From assembly GCF_009914755.1 (NCBI RefSeq), contig NC_060927.1: a stretch of 64,000 nucleotides of DNA; one strand, 5' to 3'. The notes under the pieces are model-generated. The model ran no database searches, was not told where the DNA came from, and saw only the letters and a list, made by a program, of their open reading frames with translations. A program made the translations under genes and the position numbers. Below, one piece after another: positions 1 through 14,855 of the stretch. The stretch comes from the human T2T-CHM13v2.0 reference genome, Homo sapiens. Positions within the stretch are counted from its first letter, which is position 1; each line of letters starts with the position of its first letter.

Positions 1-503
1 TCTTAATTAACTAAATGGTCACCAGAGGACTATTTTAGGGAAGGATAGCAAAAAATAAAATTCTTCCAACTTGTAGGTGTAGGGTTAAAAAAACAAACAT
101 TCAATGTAGTCCCATGTCTCCAAGGCGGGCTGGAGTGGGGATAATGATATACTTCAAATTCCATTTATAAATGTATACTACTAAACGTATCTAAGATGAT
201 GGTGACAGCAAAAAGACAGGAAGGCAGCTAAGTATCTTAAACATGGGGAAATGACTAAAAGTATAAGGGTGTAATCATATAATGGAAAATAAAATGGCCA
301 CTAAAAATCTTGTTTCAGAAAAATATTTAATGATGTCATAAAATGACTTCAGTATGTTATTAAGTGGAAAAAACAGTATGATCTAGACTTTAATTTTTAA
401 AAATATGCATTTATACAGAAATGAAAAGAAAATACTGGAAGTAGATAAGTCAAATTTTAATAGTTGTTATTTCTGAGCTAAGGAATTATGGATGACTTTA
501 TTT

Positions 504-616
504 TTATTTATTTTTTTGAGACAGGGTCTTACTCCAGTTGCCCAGGCTGGAGTACACTGGTGTGATCTCAGCCCACTACAGCCTTGACCTCCCGGACTAA
601 GGTGTTTCTCCCACCT
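504..616 (-). mobile_element. 5'-truncated old Alu (right-arm fragment, AluJ/FRAM-like)
   Basis: T-tail followed by gagacagggtct...cccaggctggag; TSD GATGACTTTATTT at 491-503 and 622-634. Confidence 0.8.
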
Positions 617-1296
617 AGCTTGATGACTTTATTTGTGTACTTTTCTGTATTCCAAATCCTTTGTAATGACTATTGTAAAGGATTACATTATGGAGCTCAA
701 TTATTTAGGAAATAAATCCCTCAGACACTTAATTCTGAAATTTGTGATTTTTTTTTTAAAAGCACCAGTGATGAAGAATAGAAATTAACTTAGAATTCCA
801 AAAAGAATGAGTATTAAAAGGTGTGTTTTAGAGACTGTTAAAAATAAAAATCCCTTCTGTACCAACCTCCCAGGCAATCATTAAGAGTCTTTTGACTACA
901 CGATACAACACACATTAAGAGTGGATATTGCACACTTCATTTTAGAGGGAGTTTTATTTGAATTTTGACCCAACTTCATTTTAAAATGATATTTTGTTTG
1001 GAAAAGACTTAAGGCTGTTTTCTACAGATAACTTCCGAGTAGCAGTACCACCAGTCTTTAACTTCCCAAAACTTGCCAAGTGCAGCGATAAAGGTATAAA
1101 CTGTGTTTAATTAAAACCACTTGCTTTAAGTAAATGGAGTAAGAGTTTATCATTCACATCACCTCCCAACTTCTCTTATCATGCCAGCTCAGCTCTTCTC
1201 TGAAGGAGGCTACTGCTGTTATCCTTAGTGATGGAAAACGGGTACAAGGTCAACATCATCTTCTTGTGGTCACTGAGTTTAAAGAATACACTAACA

Positions 1297-1615
<319 letters not shown>

Positions 1616-3024
1616 CTAACAGACTAACATTTTCTAGAGCTTAATTTCTATATATTGAAGAGATGAATATTACTGTGATAAAATGCCGCAAAATAATGCC
1701 CCCAAATGAAGCTTATTTGCTACTTTTTCGCCGGTCTCATTCTACAGATTTCTGTGGCTATACCAAGTAGCTGACAGAGATGAGACAAGACGTGATTTGA
1801 TTGGTGACTATAAATGACTTGGCCCCCTTTCAGAAGAATATGCCAAGTCTTCCTATATTTGCTCAAATTTAACTTGCATTATGATATTGCTTTCTTTCAC
1901 ATTTAGAAGGGCTCATGTAATTCTAAAATACTGTTACATATAAAGTTTTAAAATAGTTTTTTAAGAAGCTTCACTTTAAATTTAAACACACACTTTACTG
2001 GCTGAATGCAACCTTCCTTTAATTTATCTTTACTGAATTTTGTCCTGGTTATCTGCAGTTTTAAAAAATGCCCATACACATGTCCAGGGCATTCACAATT
2101 CTTACAAGTCTTTTAAACTCCAGAGATTTCTCTTAGGGAAGCCCTATTCCCAGCTTTCCACAGGCGTATGGGTTGTGCCTTCATCTCTTTCTAGCTCTGG
2201 AGATAGTGGTCCCTACAACACCAACATAAGTAGGCTCTACTTTCCCAACCCTCAGAATTGCTCACTCATGATGCCAACAAGGTGTGAGTGTCCAGCTCCA
2301 ACCCTTATTTCCTTTCCTGGTCTAAAAAAAAAAAAGAGAGGAAAAATCATGCTTCCCAGAAATGAATAAAAATGCAAGCATTGTAGTCTTAATGTCATAT
2401 CTTTTGTATTAGTGTCACATAAGTGAATGGCATAAGTGATCAACAAAATATTACCCTACATACAACTCAGAGTTCCCAAATCATGAGTTGGCAACTCCTG
2501 ACACTGTAGGAGAATGTAGTTAAGTCAACTGCCTATTAGCAAAACAGAAAGAATGAAAACGATATTAAACCCTACCTAACTGAAACAAGACATTAAGGGC
2601 TCACCAAAGAAAATGTTTTTCATTTGTAAGAAAACTGAGTGATTTCTCTTCATTGCAAAAATGGCAAGGAAACTTTGAGTTTCTACTCCACCTAAGAAAA
2701 GCTGTGCTGGTTGGAAGTTCTGATTAAAGGCGAATCTGTCACAATTCTGAGAGCACATCCCCAAAGAGGCAGGCACTCAAGGGGACAGCCTCTAAGGGAC
2801 ATGCAGAAATTAAACATTTCCAAAGAGATCCTGTAACTTGCCAGCCCAATGAAATGTCCTATTATAAGTTTTCAATCAAAAGACATGTCTTGTGGTCCAA
2901 ACCTTTAAATCAAATGATTTGCTGAGCATGAAGCATTCAGGTGCTATCACCCACTATGACATACCGACTTTACATAGGCATTTTCTTTTATGTGTTCACC
3001 TCGCTTCCGCTGCCCCATAATTGA

Positions 3025-3267
<243 letters not shown>

Positions 3268-3304
3268 TAAAACCACAGAATTTGAGTATTCCTTCCCTTT
3301 CCTT

Positions 3305-3333
3305 CTCCCTCTCTCTCTCTCTCTCTCTCTCTC
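3305..3333. repeat. (CT)n microsatellite
   Basis: Read directly from the sequence. Confidence 0.9.
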
Positions 3334-3476
3334 ACAAGCTAATTTTGCCTATCAATTTAATAAAATTTCAATGGGATTCAATTTATGTGTAACTAATTTA
3401 TAAACACAATGTTAACCTTTAATGTTTTATATGTTGATTCTGAGAAACCAAGAGTCAGGTGCACATTCATGTTATA

Positions 3477-4020
3477 CAGCTGTCCCTAATCCCCAAGCCA
3501 TGGACCAGTACTGGTCCATGGCCTGTTAGGAACTGGGCCGCACAGCAGGAGGTGAGCAGTGGGCAAGCAAACGAAGCTTCATCTGTATGTACAGCTGCTC
3601 CCCATGGCTCGCATTACCACCTGAATTCTGCCTCCTGTCCGATCAGTGGCGGGATTAGATTCCCATGAGCATGATCCCTATTGTGAACTGTGCATGTGAG
3701 GGATCAAGGTTGTGCGCTCCTTATGAGAATCTAATGCCTGATGATCTGTCATTCTCTCCCATCACTACCAGATGGGACGATCTAGTAGGAAAACAAGCTC
3801 AAAGTGCCCACTGATTCTACATTATGGTGAGCTGTATAATTATTTCATTACATATTACAATTAATAATAACAGAAACAAAGTGCACAATAAATGTAATGC
3901 ACTTGAATCATCCCCAAATCACCACCTCTTCCCCCGCAACCCTGCACCCTTGGACCCTCACTCAGTAGAAAAACTGTCTTCCATGAAACCAGTCCCTGGT
4001 ACCAAAATGGTTGGGAACTA
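3477..4020 (+). mobile_element. MER1A-like hAT-Charlie DNA transposon relic
   Basis: ggaccagtactggtccatggcctgttaggaactgggccgcacagcaggaggtgag at the start; ccatgaaaccagtccctggtaccaaaatggttggg at the end; ~540 bp. Confidence 0.85.
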
Positions 4021-4707
4021 ATAATGTAAGATAAGAACTGGATTTGTCTCATAATATTCTCCTAACAATGTAGCTACCAGGCTAGGCAATTCATTAATTC
4101 CAAAAACTTCAGGTGGCATGAGTTAATAATTCCAGAGACTGCAGCAGTGGAAGATAACAGGAAAAAATGGAAACTGGTGGATATTTTAAATCAATGGCGT
4201 CTACATGATTCCATACTTAGCAAAACCAGGGATAGCTGATTCCAACTCTGATTCTGGTCTTGTGGAGACGCCATGAAAATTTTCTTGTGATAACCTTGAG
4301 GAGGTCTCTGGAGCCAGAATAACCGTTATCTATTACCCCCTGAACAACTGTCATGATTCTTGAATCTACAAATATATGTAAATTCTGCTTGTATCTATCT
4401 GTACCTGCCTCCCATATGCTCAGGGTTATCACCCTCTGTATCACTCCTTCTCAAAGTGGCCGCACTGTGGCATCACCTGAACAGCTTCAAAAGTCCCGAT
4501 GCCTCACTACCTCCCCCATCCCAAGAAGTTGATTTAATTGCTCTGGAGTAAGGTCTGGGTATGTGGAGTGCTGAAAACTCCCCTCAGATGCTTCTAATGT
4601 GTACAAGCTCCACCATTTGGCTGACTTTTTTTTCCCCTAAAGGCAAACTCTAGATCTTAGTCATCTCCTGATTCTCAGTGTCCTCTTCACAGTACTTCTC
4701 ACAATCA

Positions 4708-5091
<384 letters not shown>

Positions 5092-5227
5092 TTATCTCTC
5101 TTTTGTTCACCACATCCCCATTCCTCAAAGAGCAGCAGAAATATGGTACAGAATGAATACTTATTTTGTGGAATAAAAGAAATTAACTGATCTATAGTGA
5201 AAAAATAAAAATAAAAATAACAGCAGC

Positions 5228-5450
5228 TAGCACTTACACAGACACTGTTTGCCAGAAACTGTTTTAACAGCTTTACAAATATTAACACATCTATTAATCA
5301 CAACAAACCTACGATAGGTACTATTATCATGTCTACTTTATAGATGAAGAAACTAAGGCACACATAGATTAAGTTGCCCAAGGCCAAGCAGTTAGTGGCA
5401 GAGCCACCAGGATTCAAACTTAGGCAACCTGGCTCTAGAATCCCTTCTCT
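5228..5450 (-). mobile_element. MIR SINE (a second MIR fragment lies at ~5560-5760)
   Basis: MIR core tttatagatgaagaaactaaggcac...ttgcccaagg...ggattcaaac. Confidence 0.8.
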
Positions 5451-7624
5451 TATCAGCTAGCTCAACAATGCCTGGCCGGTGGGAGAGGCCACTTAACCGC
5501 CCCTTCCATATAAATGACCACAATACCCATAGCCCTGAAGACGGCCACCACGGCCACAATTTTATGGAATGACAACAAAGTACCAGACACTGCTGAGCAC
5601 TTCACGTGTTATTTCCTCTAATAATGGATTAACTCCATCGTACAGACCAAACAAGCGAGGTGAAGAGATTCTGATCAACTTGCCCAAGGTCAAAAAGCCA
5701 GAAACTGGCTGAGAAGGAACTGAACAGACCTCTGTCTGTCATTGAAGTGCAAGCTCTCAATCAACATATATAATGACCCTTTCGGTTGGATAATTGAATA
5801 TTAAACAAACAAATGAAAAATCCTAAAAATGGAAAACTAATATGCATGACAAGAATACCCTTCAACAATTCCTTGATCCCTGGTTGTTTTCACTGTTCTC
5901 TCCGTACTTTCATTAACATGTTATGTAGTATCATACGTCAAAGTTGCATCACATACACATTTAATTTATGTAAATCCAACTATTCAGGCACAGAGACAGA
6001 ACAAGTAAGTGAGTGGGAAAGAACCAAAATTAACGAATAAAATCTAGTGGGAGGTTGCAACAGCTATTCCATTCAAAGTACACGAGTTCCTGAGACAGAA
6101 GGAAGAGAATGAGCTCTACATACCCTCATCGGGTCAGCGTCTCACCATACTACTGGGACTCTTGTGCTTAAAGGCACTAAAATGTATGGGTCACTTAAAG
6201 AATTTTCAAAGTTAATGATGATGGTAAATATGTTGTGCCTTAAGAACTGTCTTTAGACCTTCACCCTCATATAGGGTGTAACACCACTGTGCAGTGGCTA
6301 CACAGAGCTAGAGATGCCCAGGATCTACAAATGGGAATTAAAAGTAGCTCAAGTCATGTCTTCTCTGGCCCACTCTCTAAGACAGACATGAACATCCAAT
6401 AACATGATATAACCTCAGAGGTGGAAGAAACAGCAATGAAGTCTCATCTTGATAGTGAACGTATGAAATAAAAGAAAAGCATTCAAATCTCAATTCCCAA
6501 ATGGTAGTTGACATAAAGACTATTTATCCAATATCTAGAAAAAGTCACATGCTGATTCTCTGACCACAGAGTAATCTGTAAAAGGAGCTTGTACAAAGAG
6601 CCATCAAAGTAAAAAAAAAAAACAACAAAAGAAAACATTAAATTCTATTTTTAAAAAAAGCAGTGGTTTTTTCATTCCTCATACATACCGAGGAAAAACT
6701 CAGCAAAGACCTTATGTCACATATCATTATGAATCAATTTTCTTGACCAAACATCAAAGTTGATTCAACATCTCCATCTTGAAACACTCTATTATCACGA
6801 TGTTTGTCAAATACTGAAAGATCTGACCACTGTCCTTTTCCCCAGACAGCACAAGGAACACAGATAACAAATGAAGGTTGTACTCTGTAGCAAGAATAGA
6901 CAGGAGACTGAATCACAGCAAAACACTTATAAATCAAGAGGCGGAAAGAAAGCGCTAAGAGTGATTAAATGCACGAAGAGCAGTAATAGGAAAGAAATCT
7001 CTTGTGAAAAGAAGCAGTTGATGGTAACTTAACGGGGACAAAAATGAATTAGATCTACCTCGATGACTGAGCTCAAGATGAGGTAATTTCATAAAGTTTA
7101 TAGAAAGTCACTTAAAAATTACACAACTTGATGTAGTCTACTTTTGGAGAGAAGGAAAATAAAAGTCCTCCATGAGGGAGTTGATCTTTAGAAAAATGCA
7201 TTTACAAACCACATTGATGAACTCTACCTATTATCTGGAAGATTATCCTTAATTCTCATCTGGGTAACAAAGTCACTTTAGAATGGATACAGTCCTCTGC
7301 ATTTCAGGGACAGATTTTGAAACAGAAATAGAAGAGAATAAAAATCTTCAAATATAAGGGGTTATAAAGCGTATGGGGAAGGAAATAAAAATAAGTGTTA
7401 ACAGAGGTGAGCTCTGGGCCACCATAGGACGCAAGAGTGTGCTGAGGCATATTCTCGGTTTGGTAAGAATAGTAATCATGGTATGTGAAACAGGACTTTC
7501 TGTGTTGTCAGTGACCGAAAATCAACTCTAATTTAAGGGGTTAAAGGGAACCAGTTGGCTTACACCTGGGAAGGATGCTAAAGTAACTCACAGAAATAAG
7601 GAGGAGCTATAGAGCTGTAGTAGA

Positions 7625-7803
7625 CATTCTCAAATGCAAGCAAACACGAGAATCATCTAGAAGGCTTGTTAAAACTCAGATTCCGGGGCCTCATCCCAGA
7701 GTTTCTGACTCTGAAGGTCTGGGGTGGAGCCCAAGAATCTGCATTTCTCACAGATTACCAGATGATGCTGATGCTGCTAGTCCAACCACACTTTTGAAAA
7801 CCA
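7625..7803. mobile_element. MER5A hAT-Charlie MITE
   Basis: ttctcaaa...agaatcatctag...cttgttaaaa...ggtctggggtggagcccaagaatctgcatttct...gatgctgatgctgct...tttgaaaacca. Confidence 0.8.
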
Positions 7804-9214
7804 TGGAGTCATGGAAACCTAGGCTAGAGGAACTAAGCCCTATGATGGCAGGAGCCTCCATCATAGCATGGCAGGAGCTTTGCTCCTGGAGCTTACACAG
7901 GCTTTCACCAGCTACTAGGGAATGTAGCCTCCTGGGCCACATTATTTTCTTTCATGATCCCAGAGGTAGGTGGCCTCTTTCATGAGCTTCCACAGAAAAC
8001 CCCTGGGGAAGGTTCTAACTAGCTTGAGGGACTTGTGGCCAGAGACCATCCCTGAAAGTAACCTACAATGGCAGGGATGCAGTAAAGCAATTGGCCTGGC
8101 CTGGGCGAAAGCTTACTCTGTGAGCAGTAGCTAGGGAAGACAGGATCCAAGTGAAGACATACAGAGAGAAAGAAGGCATCACATTTTACAGCATCACCAA
8201 GGTCAAGGAAGTATCCCCAAAGAGACAAGAGGAAGATTCATGGAAAAGCAGGGTGAGCAAAGAATAGGACAATGTGATTACCACAGCCCATAAGGAAGTT
8301 CACTTTGGCATCAAGATGTACAATCACATTCACTTATGACACTGTTTTTTTACAAACATATCATCTACACTCATAGAGTGCTGCTTCTTACATAATCTGT
8401 GATGATGAATGAATTTTTAAAAATAATTCCCTAACTCATTGACTTGTATTATTATAAAATGTAATAATGCAAATTACTAAAAAATTGATATTCCTCTTGC
8501 ATGTCATGGCAAGGGTAATTAGCAATACAAGTTTCTAAATGCTTATTCTCAGTATCTGTACTTATCACAAACCTAAAACAGCTCACAAACAGGCACTGGT
8601 ACATAAACTGGCATGGGTCCAACCACACACTTTCGAGCATTACTGCTCTAGACCACGTGGACCAGGACTTCTTGGTCACAACTTCTTAACTCCTTAAGAA
8701 AGTGAATGAGCACAGCTGTATTCCGGTACAACTTTATTTACAAAAACAGGCATTGGCCAGGACTTGGCCATGGACTGTAGTTTGTCTGTCCCTACTTTAG
8801 ACCAGGGCTTTTCAAACTCTAACGTGCACAGCAATCACCTGGAGATCCCATGAAAACACAGACTGTGCATTTCTAACAGCTTAAAAATTGTTGTCAACAC
8901 TGACAGTCCATGGCTGACATTCTGATTAGTAAGCCTTCACAGACAAATCTCAGTAAACCTAGAGACTGGTATGTGACCTTAAGTATAATATTGCTCTATA
9001 CTGGGTTTTTATTGAGCCTTAAAAAGACTGCAGAAAAGACTACATCTGTCATTCAGGTACCTACCTTTCTCTGCTTTAAAGAGATTATTACAATCAGAAA
9101 AAAATTGATAAGGAAAGCCCCATTGGAACCAATAGCATCAAATATCGGATGGTTTCCTACTTTCTCGATTAGCTCCTAACTTGACACATAGTAGGTGCTC
9201 AAGAAATAATTGTT

Positions 9215-9550
<336 letters not shown>

Positions 9551-12500
9551 AAGAATTGTTGATTGCAGGCTGGATGCAGAAATACCAAGCTGTAACCACT
9601 AGAAGAGAAATATAGTATGCTGATGGGGCTTCACTTTCCGTCCTATACCTTATTTAAGGTATTTCACACTGTAGGATAAATTGGTGCAACTTTCAATTGG
9701 CAGTGCCTTTAAGGAAGTACCTGTATAGAAAAACTGAATCAAAGAATTTGTTCTTTCAGTATAAGTTCTCTTCATGTTTCTATACTTTTGTATTTTTTAC
9801 TTTAGCTTCATTCACCCTTCTTATTTGAATACCAAATATCTATTCTTTGGAATTTGGTCAGCACTGTCAGCATTTGGATTAACTATTTGGTCGTTCAGCT
9901 TAATGGAGAAGAAGGCTCCACTCATGAAATGCAACTACTGATCACAGGTTATAAAACACAGAAAATATCAGAAATCATCTAAATATGAGGTGATTTTGGT
10001 GTTTTCTCTCACACCTGCTACCCAAATGCCAAGACTCTTGGATCATAATGACACACGGAAGATTCTAAGTCACTTTTGTCTCCCTCTCAGAGAAATGTGC
10101 TACTTGGGATTAACGAGCAAGTGAAACCTAGAAGGTCAAGGGTTAAAGCTCCAAATGGATTTTCTGCTTGCTGTTTACGATCTTCAGGCCTTTCAGTATT
10201 AGAGCAGACACCTAAACGTTTGCTCAAAAACTTTCTATTGAGTTCTAATTGAGAAAAAAGGATGTGTCCAGAATACTTAGAGATAACAATTAATGAAAAA
10301 ACCCACAGATAAGCTGGAAGAAAAATAATTAACTCGGATTTGTACCAGATGGCCCTTGGGAATGCTAATATGTGTGTTTGCAGTGCTCCATTTCAGAAGA
10401 CCTCAAAGGTGGAAATGAAGCATTCTCAGGAGAGGTTCCTGGGTATGCAGATGAAATATCCATTGATATTCAGAAAGGACCTCTAATTGCGAGAGAGTTG
10501 CCACCCAAATTAGGGTAAAGTTGCTGCGTAAACTATTTAAGTGGGCAAAACTTAAAAAAAAAAAATCTGTAATAAAGCAAGCAACATTGCTCAGAACACT
10601 TTGGTAGGTCAAGACAAGAGAAAGGAGGACAACTCCGAGGGGCAGATTCTTTCATTGATAGCATTCATGTCATTACCCACAAACTCCAACTCCAAATCAT
10701 GGAACGGCGATGACATTTCTTTCTCTAAGGTCAACTATCAGAGAGGTCTGCTTGGACAAATCTATCAGAAATAACAAACACCTGGCATTTTCAAGCCCCC
10801 TTTCATTTTTATATTTCAAACTAGCAGACAGCACCAGCAGATATATTGCATAATTTTCTTTTACTAGTTACTCACCAGTGTAAACGATTTTCTATCCTCT
10901 TTAAAATGGCACCTCCAGTGAACAAGACGAGATGTATTTCACTCACTGCTTTATCCTCAGTGCCTATAAGAATGCCTGGCAGGGATGACACTTAATATAT
11001 TCTTGTTTGGCTGATGTTTCTAAATGGCTTTTAATCCAGTTTAGTCATTCTGTGGTCTGAGGAACTAGTAACTGATTTCACAAAGGGGTCTTTGCAGAGC
11101 TGCCCCCTGACATGCTGGAGAACACCCCCCTACCTACTCAAGTCATTCTTGCTGTGGAATGAATCTTGAGCTCATGGTTGACACCCTGACTTGTACCTAT
11201 GGCTGAGTTCCTGGCTTAGTTATCTGCCTGGTACTTGAGTCTCCCTAGAACCAAGCTTTGGCTTACAGGAGGCTTGCCATGAATGGAGTTTGGCCCTTGC
11301 ACTAGTGTGGGATTGGTGGTACTGGCTATTTGTTAAAAGAATTACCTATATGTTGTTTGGGAATTGCCTCCCTCTGTGTGTGCTCTGGCTATCTTCTAAC
11401 ATGCTGCTTTCAGGTAAGGCCCCTCCCTACTGCCACAATCCTTCCTGTACAACCAACCATTTCCTGTACGCATTGCCTCTGGCTGCTGGATGGAACCTCA
11501 TCCCACTCTCTGCAAAGAGTCCTTCCTTCCAATGCTTGCCTGACTCTGGTGAACAAGTCTAGTCCTAGAGTATGGCCCCCACCAGACTGCCCCATTGTAT
11601 TACAGTCTTGCCAGACACATGGCATTGGCATCTAGCCTGGAAACTGAATCGTTTCAGAAGGGCAACTCATTGACTTATTACGCTTTTCTTCCTGGCTGAG
11701 AATATTCAGCTAGATGACTTATATGGAAATAAAAAAATAGGCTGACAATATGAGTTTGTTCTAAAAAGATATTTTTGGGGCATCTACCATGTTCTATGTA
11801 CCATTACAGGGGCTACAGATAATGAAGTATACAATAGTTGCATAAAACAAAAACCTTGAATGGGGAGAAAATTCAGGAAAGCTCTATACCTTGGGTATTT
11901 TTAAAGAATATGGAGCAAAAAGCAACAAGAAATGTGGGGATGGGGAAGGGGGCAAACAAACTATAATATTTCTGAGCAATTTTACAGAATTTTTAAAAAG
12001 AAGTGAATAAATAAAGAGATTATTCAGCGGTGAGGACTGTAAATTGTAAATATCACATGAAAAAGAAAAAGGAGATAGGCACAAATTATCCCCAAGGATA
12101 CATCTGATGATGGTTATAAAGATTAAAAAGACGCTTAATTTAGAAGTTCACCTGGAGTATGTTGCTCCTTTACAAAGACAGAAAGTTTGGTGGGAATGCA
12201 CAGAGAAATCAGTGGAATCTTAAGAGGTTTTTGGTAAAATAAATCATTTGAGGATTCTAGCAAGAAAGAGAATGGAAAAATAAAGGTGAGTTCATTTTCT
12301 GACCAGTACCAAGTCTCATTCTTGACGCCTCCTAACCTCACTGACCTGAATATACCAGGAAGACATTGAACAGGAAGATATTAAACTGAAAAACTCGGAA
12401 GGTGCATTCAGCCACCTCTGGAATTCTTAGGTAGTTTAGCATCCCAGCAACTTAGAGGGACTGTGTCAAATATTAATAAATGACTTGCCGTTAATTCTGA

Positions 12501-13307
12501 GATAATTAAAACTAACTCAAATTAGAAGTCCACAGAGGTAGTAATTGTATAAAATACATAAAAAATATGTAGCTTGGTCCTGAATTATGTTAATTTTCCT
12601 TTTTTATTGTTATAAAACTGTTATGTACCCCCAAAGCTTTTCTTTTTCTTTCCTAAGTCTTATGGCTTACTGTGAAACAAAGCTCTTCATACTTGTTACT
12701 ATTATATTTGATTTCTGACTGTATAATTCCCTGCTTTAAGCAAATCTGGTTTACAAAGTTCCACATGCTTTTTGAAAGATATTTTATATGTTAGGCTTCT
12801 TTAAATAAATATCTAAAATTAAAAGGTCCATTATACTGCTAGGAAAATGATGATCAAGAAGACTAACAACATGAGAAGATGTTCATCAGGCAATGACACA
12901 TAATGCTGGAAGAAAATTTTTTAAAATGATAATAGTGGTTGTATTACAGGAATACAATTAGGAAATTTTTTAAAATATCACACTTTTAGTAGGAAATGTA
13001 AATTCGTAAAGGTGAAACAGCGATCATTATTTAATATTTAAAAACTTCCAAAAACATAAAGTGAAAATAACCTAAATTTGTAAGGAAAGCATTCTTAACT
13101 GAAACGTTGAAAAACTAAAATTTCCTCAAACTTTAATCATTCCATAGCTATAAAGGCAGTATGTCTAAAAAGCCATTACTGGCATATTCTAAAGGTTCTC
13201 ATAATCAAATCCTTCCTTTAGGGGAACAAGTAAACTATGATAAGAAAAGTTTTTTACTTTACATTTAGACTGGGGGTTTCTGATTGTCCTTTCTTTAAAA
13301 GTGTCTC

Positions 13308-13640
13308 AGCTTGGCGTTGTGGCTCATGTCTGTAATCCCAGCACTTTGGGAGGCTAAGAGGCAGATCGCTTGAGCCCAGGAGTTTGAGACCAGGCAGGGC
13401 AACAAACCCTGTCTCTACAAAACAAAATTCAATTAGCCAGGTGCAGTGTCATGCACCTGTAGTCCTAGCAACTCAGGAGGCTGAGGTGGGAGGATCTCTT
13501 GAGCCCAGGAGGCCGAGGCTGCAGTGAGCTGTGATCACACCACTACACTCCAGCCTGGGTGACAGAATGAGACCCTGTGAAAAAAGACAGTCAAGAAAGA
13601 AGAAAGAAAAAGAAAGAAGAAGGAAAGAAAGAGAAAGAAA
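13308..13640 (+). mobile_element. AluJ with GA-rich tail
   Basis: J-type segments cgcttgagcccaggag and gaggctgcagtgagctgtgat; TSD aaaagtgtctc / aaaaggtgtctc. Confidence 0.9.
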
Positions 13641-13697
13641 AGGTGTCTCTATCATATAATCTATGAAAAGCTGCTCATAATTATCCAAAACACTACC

Positions 13698-14335
13698 CAG
13701 GCAATTCTCATTATCCACAGTAGTTATGGTCTATACAGTCACTAAAACCACTGAATTAGCAAATACTCAACCATTGTTCTCAGCGGAAAAACACAGTTAC
13801 ATTTTTATGAGCCTCTAGTCACAATATTTTCATCAGCAGATCAATTCCTAACTTTGTTTTAAGTATGCTTCTGTTTAAAGACACCTTATTTAATATATAT
13901 TGTTGCTTCTCATGGCCAACAGCATTATTAACTCATGCCGAATGAAGCTTATCTAGCACCTGTATGCTCTCTGTAGGGTACATCCCAGGCTTCTGACACT
14001 TAGGAATGCTAGAAAGCATTCAATACTATGCTTGGGGGCCAACAGTGAAATCATACACACAAAAAAGGACAAAAATGCAAAAAACATGGCCATAAATAGA
14101 CTGCAAAAGGACACGTTTTACAGTATGAAAGCTGAAACAAGAAGGCAGAGGATTGCCTTTTTGATCTCATTTGGGAACATGTGCATTGGGTGACTAAAAT
14201 TTTTCACCACTCTGCACATTGCCTTGAATGACCTTGAAAGTGCTGTGGAATTACAAATGACTTTTGGAGTACAAATTAATTTTAGCACACAGGCGAATTT
14301 CCAAATACAGAACAAGCAAATAATGATCAACTATA
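13698..14335 (-). mobile_element. MER82-like TcMar-Tigger relic
   Basis: The reverse complement matches recalled MER82 segments (aatatatattaaataaggtgtctttaaacagaa; gccttcttgtttcagct). Confidence 0.75.
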
Positions 14336-14805
14336 CCAAGAATACTAAGAGAAAACAATGTAGATTAGATTACAGTGAAATTCCTCCAACACTCTAAAAG
14401 CATTCCTTGGAAATAAAAAGAATCTTATTAATAACTAGAGGAACATGCCACTTCTGATCCTAATATTCATCTTGCTTTAAACAGACCAGGAGAACTGTTT
14501 CCTTTGTGGGAGGGGTGGGGGGAATACCATTTTTGACTTGAAATTGTACCATGGTATGTTGATTCATGAAATCACAAATTTTAAAACTCTAAAAACAAGT
14601 TTCATGGGAAACTAAGTAAATCATAGTAAAAGACACTAACATGCATGAGGTGATCTCAATATACTCTACACAATAGTATTTCAAGTGTACATACTTTATT
14701 ATAGTGAGACATCAAAATTTATATAAACAAATTTAAAGACAAGAGTCAAGATGTGGGAAAACATGACTGATGACATAAATAAAACTGCCCATTCCCTTGA
14801 TCTCA

Positions 14806-14806
14806 A

Positions 14807-14854
<48 letters not shown>
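14806..14854. repeat. (CA)n microsatellite
   Basis: Read directly from the sequence. Confidence 0.92.

Positions 14855-14855
<1 letters not shown>

Noticed and set aside
14508-14522. G-rich run as a G-quadruplex
   Set aside because: Only three separated G tracts.
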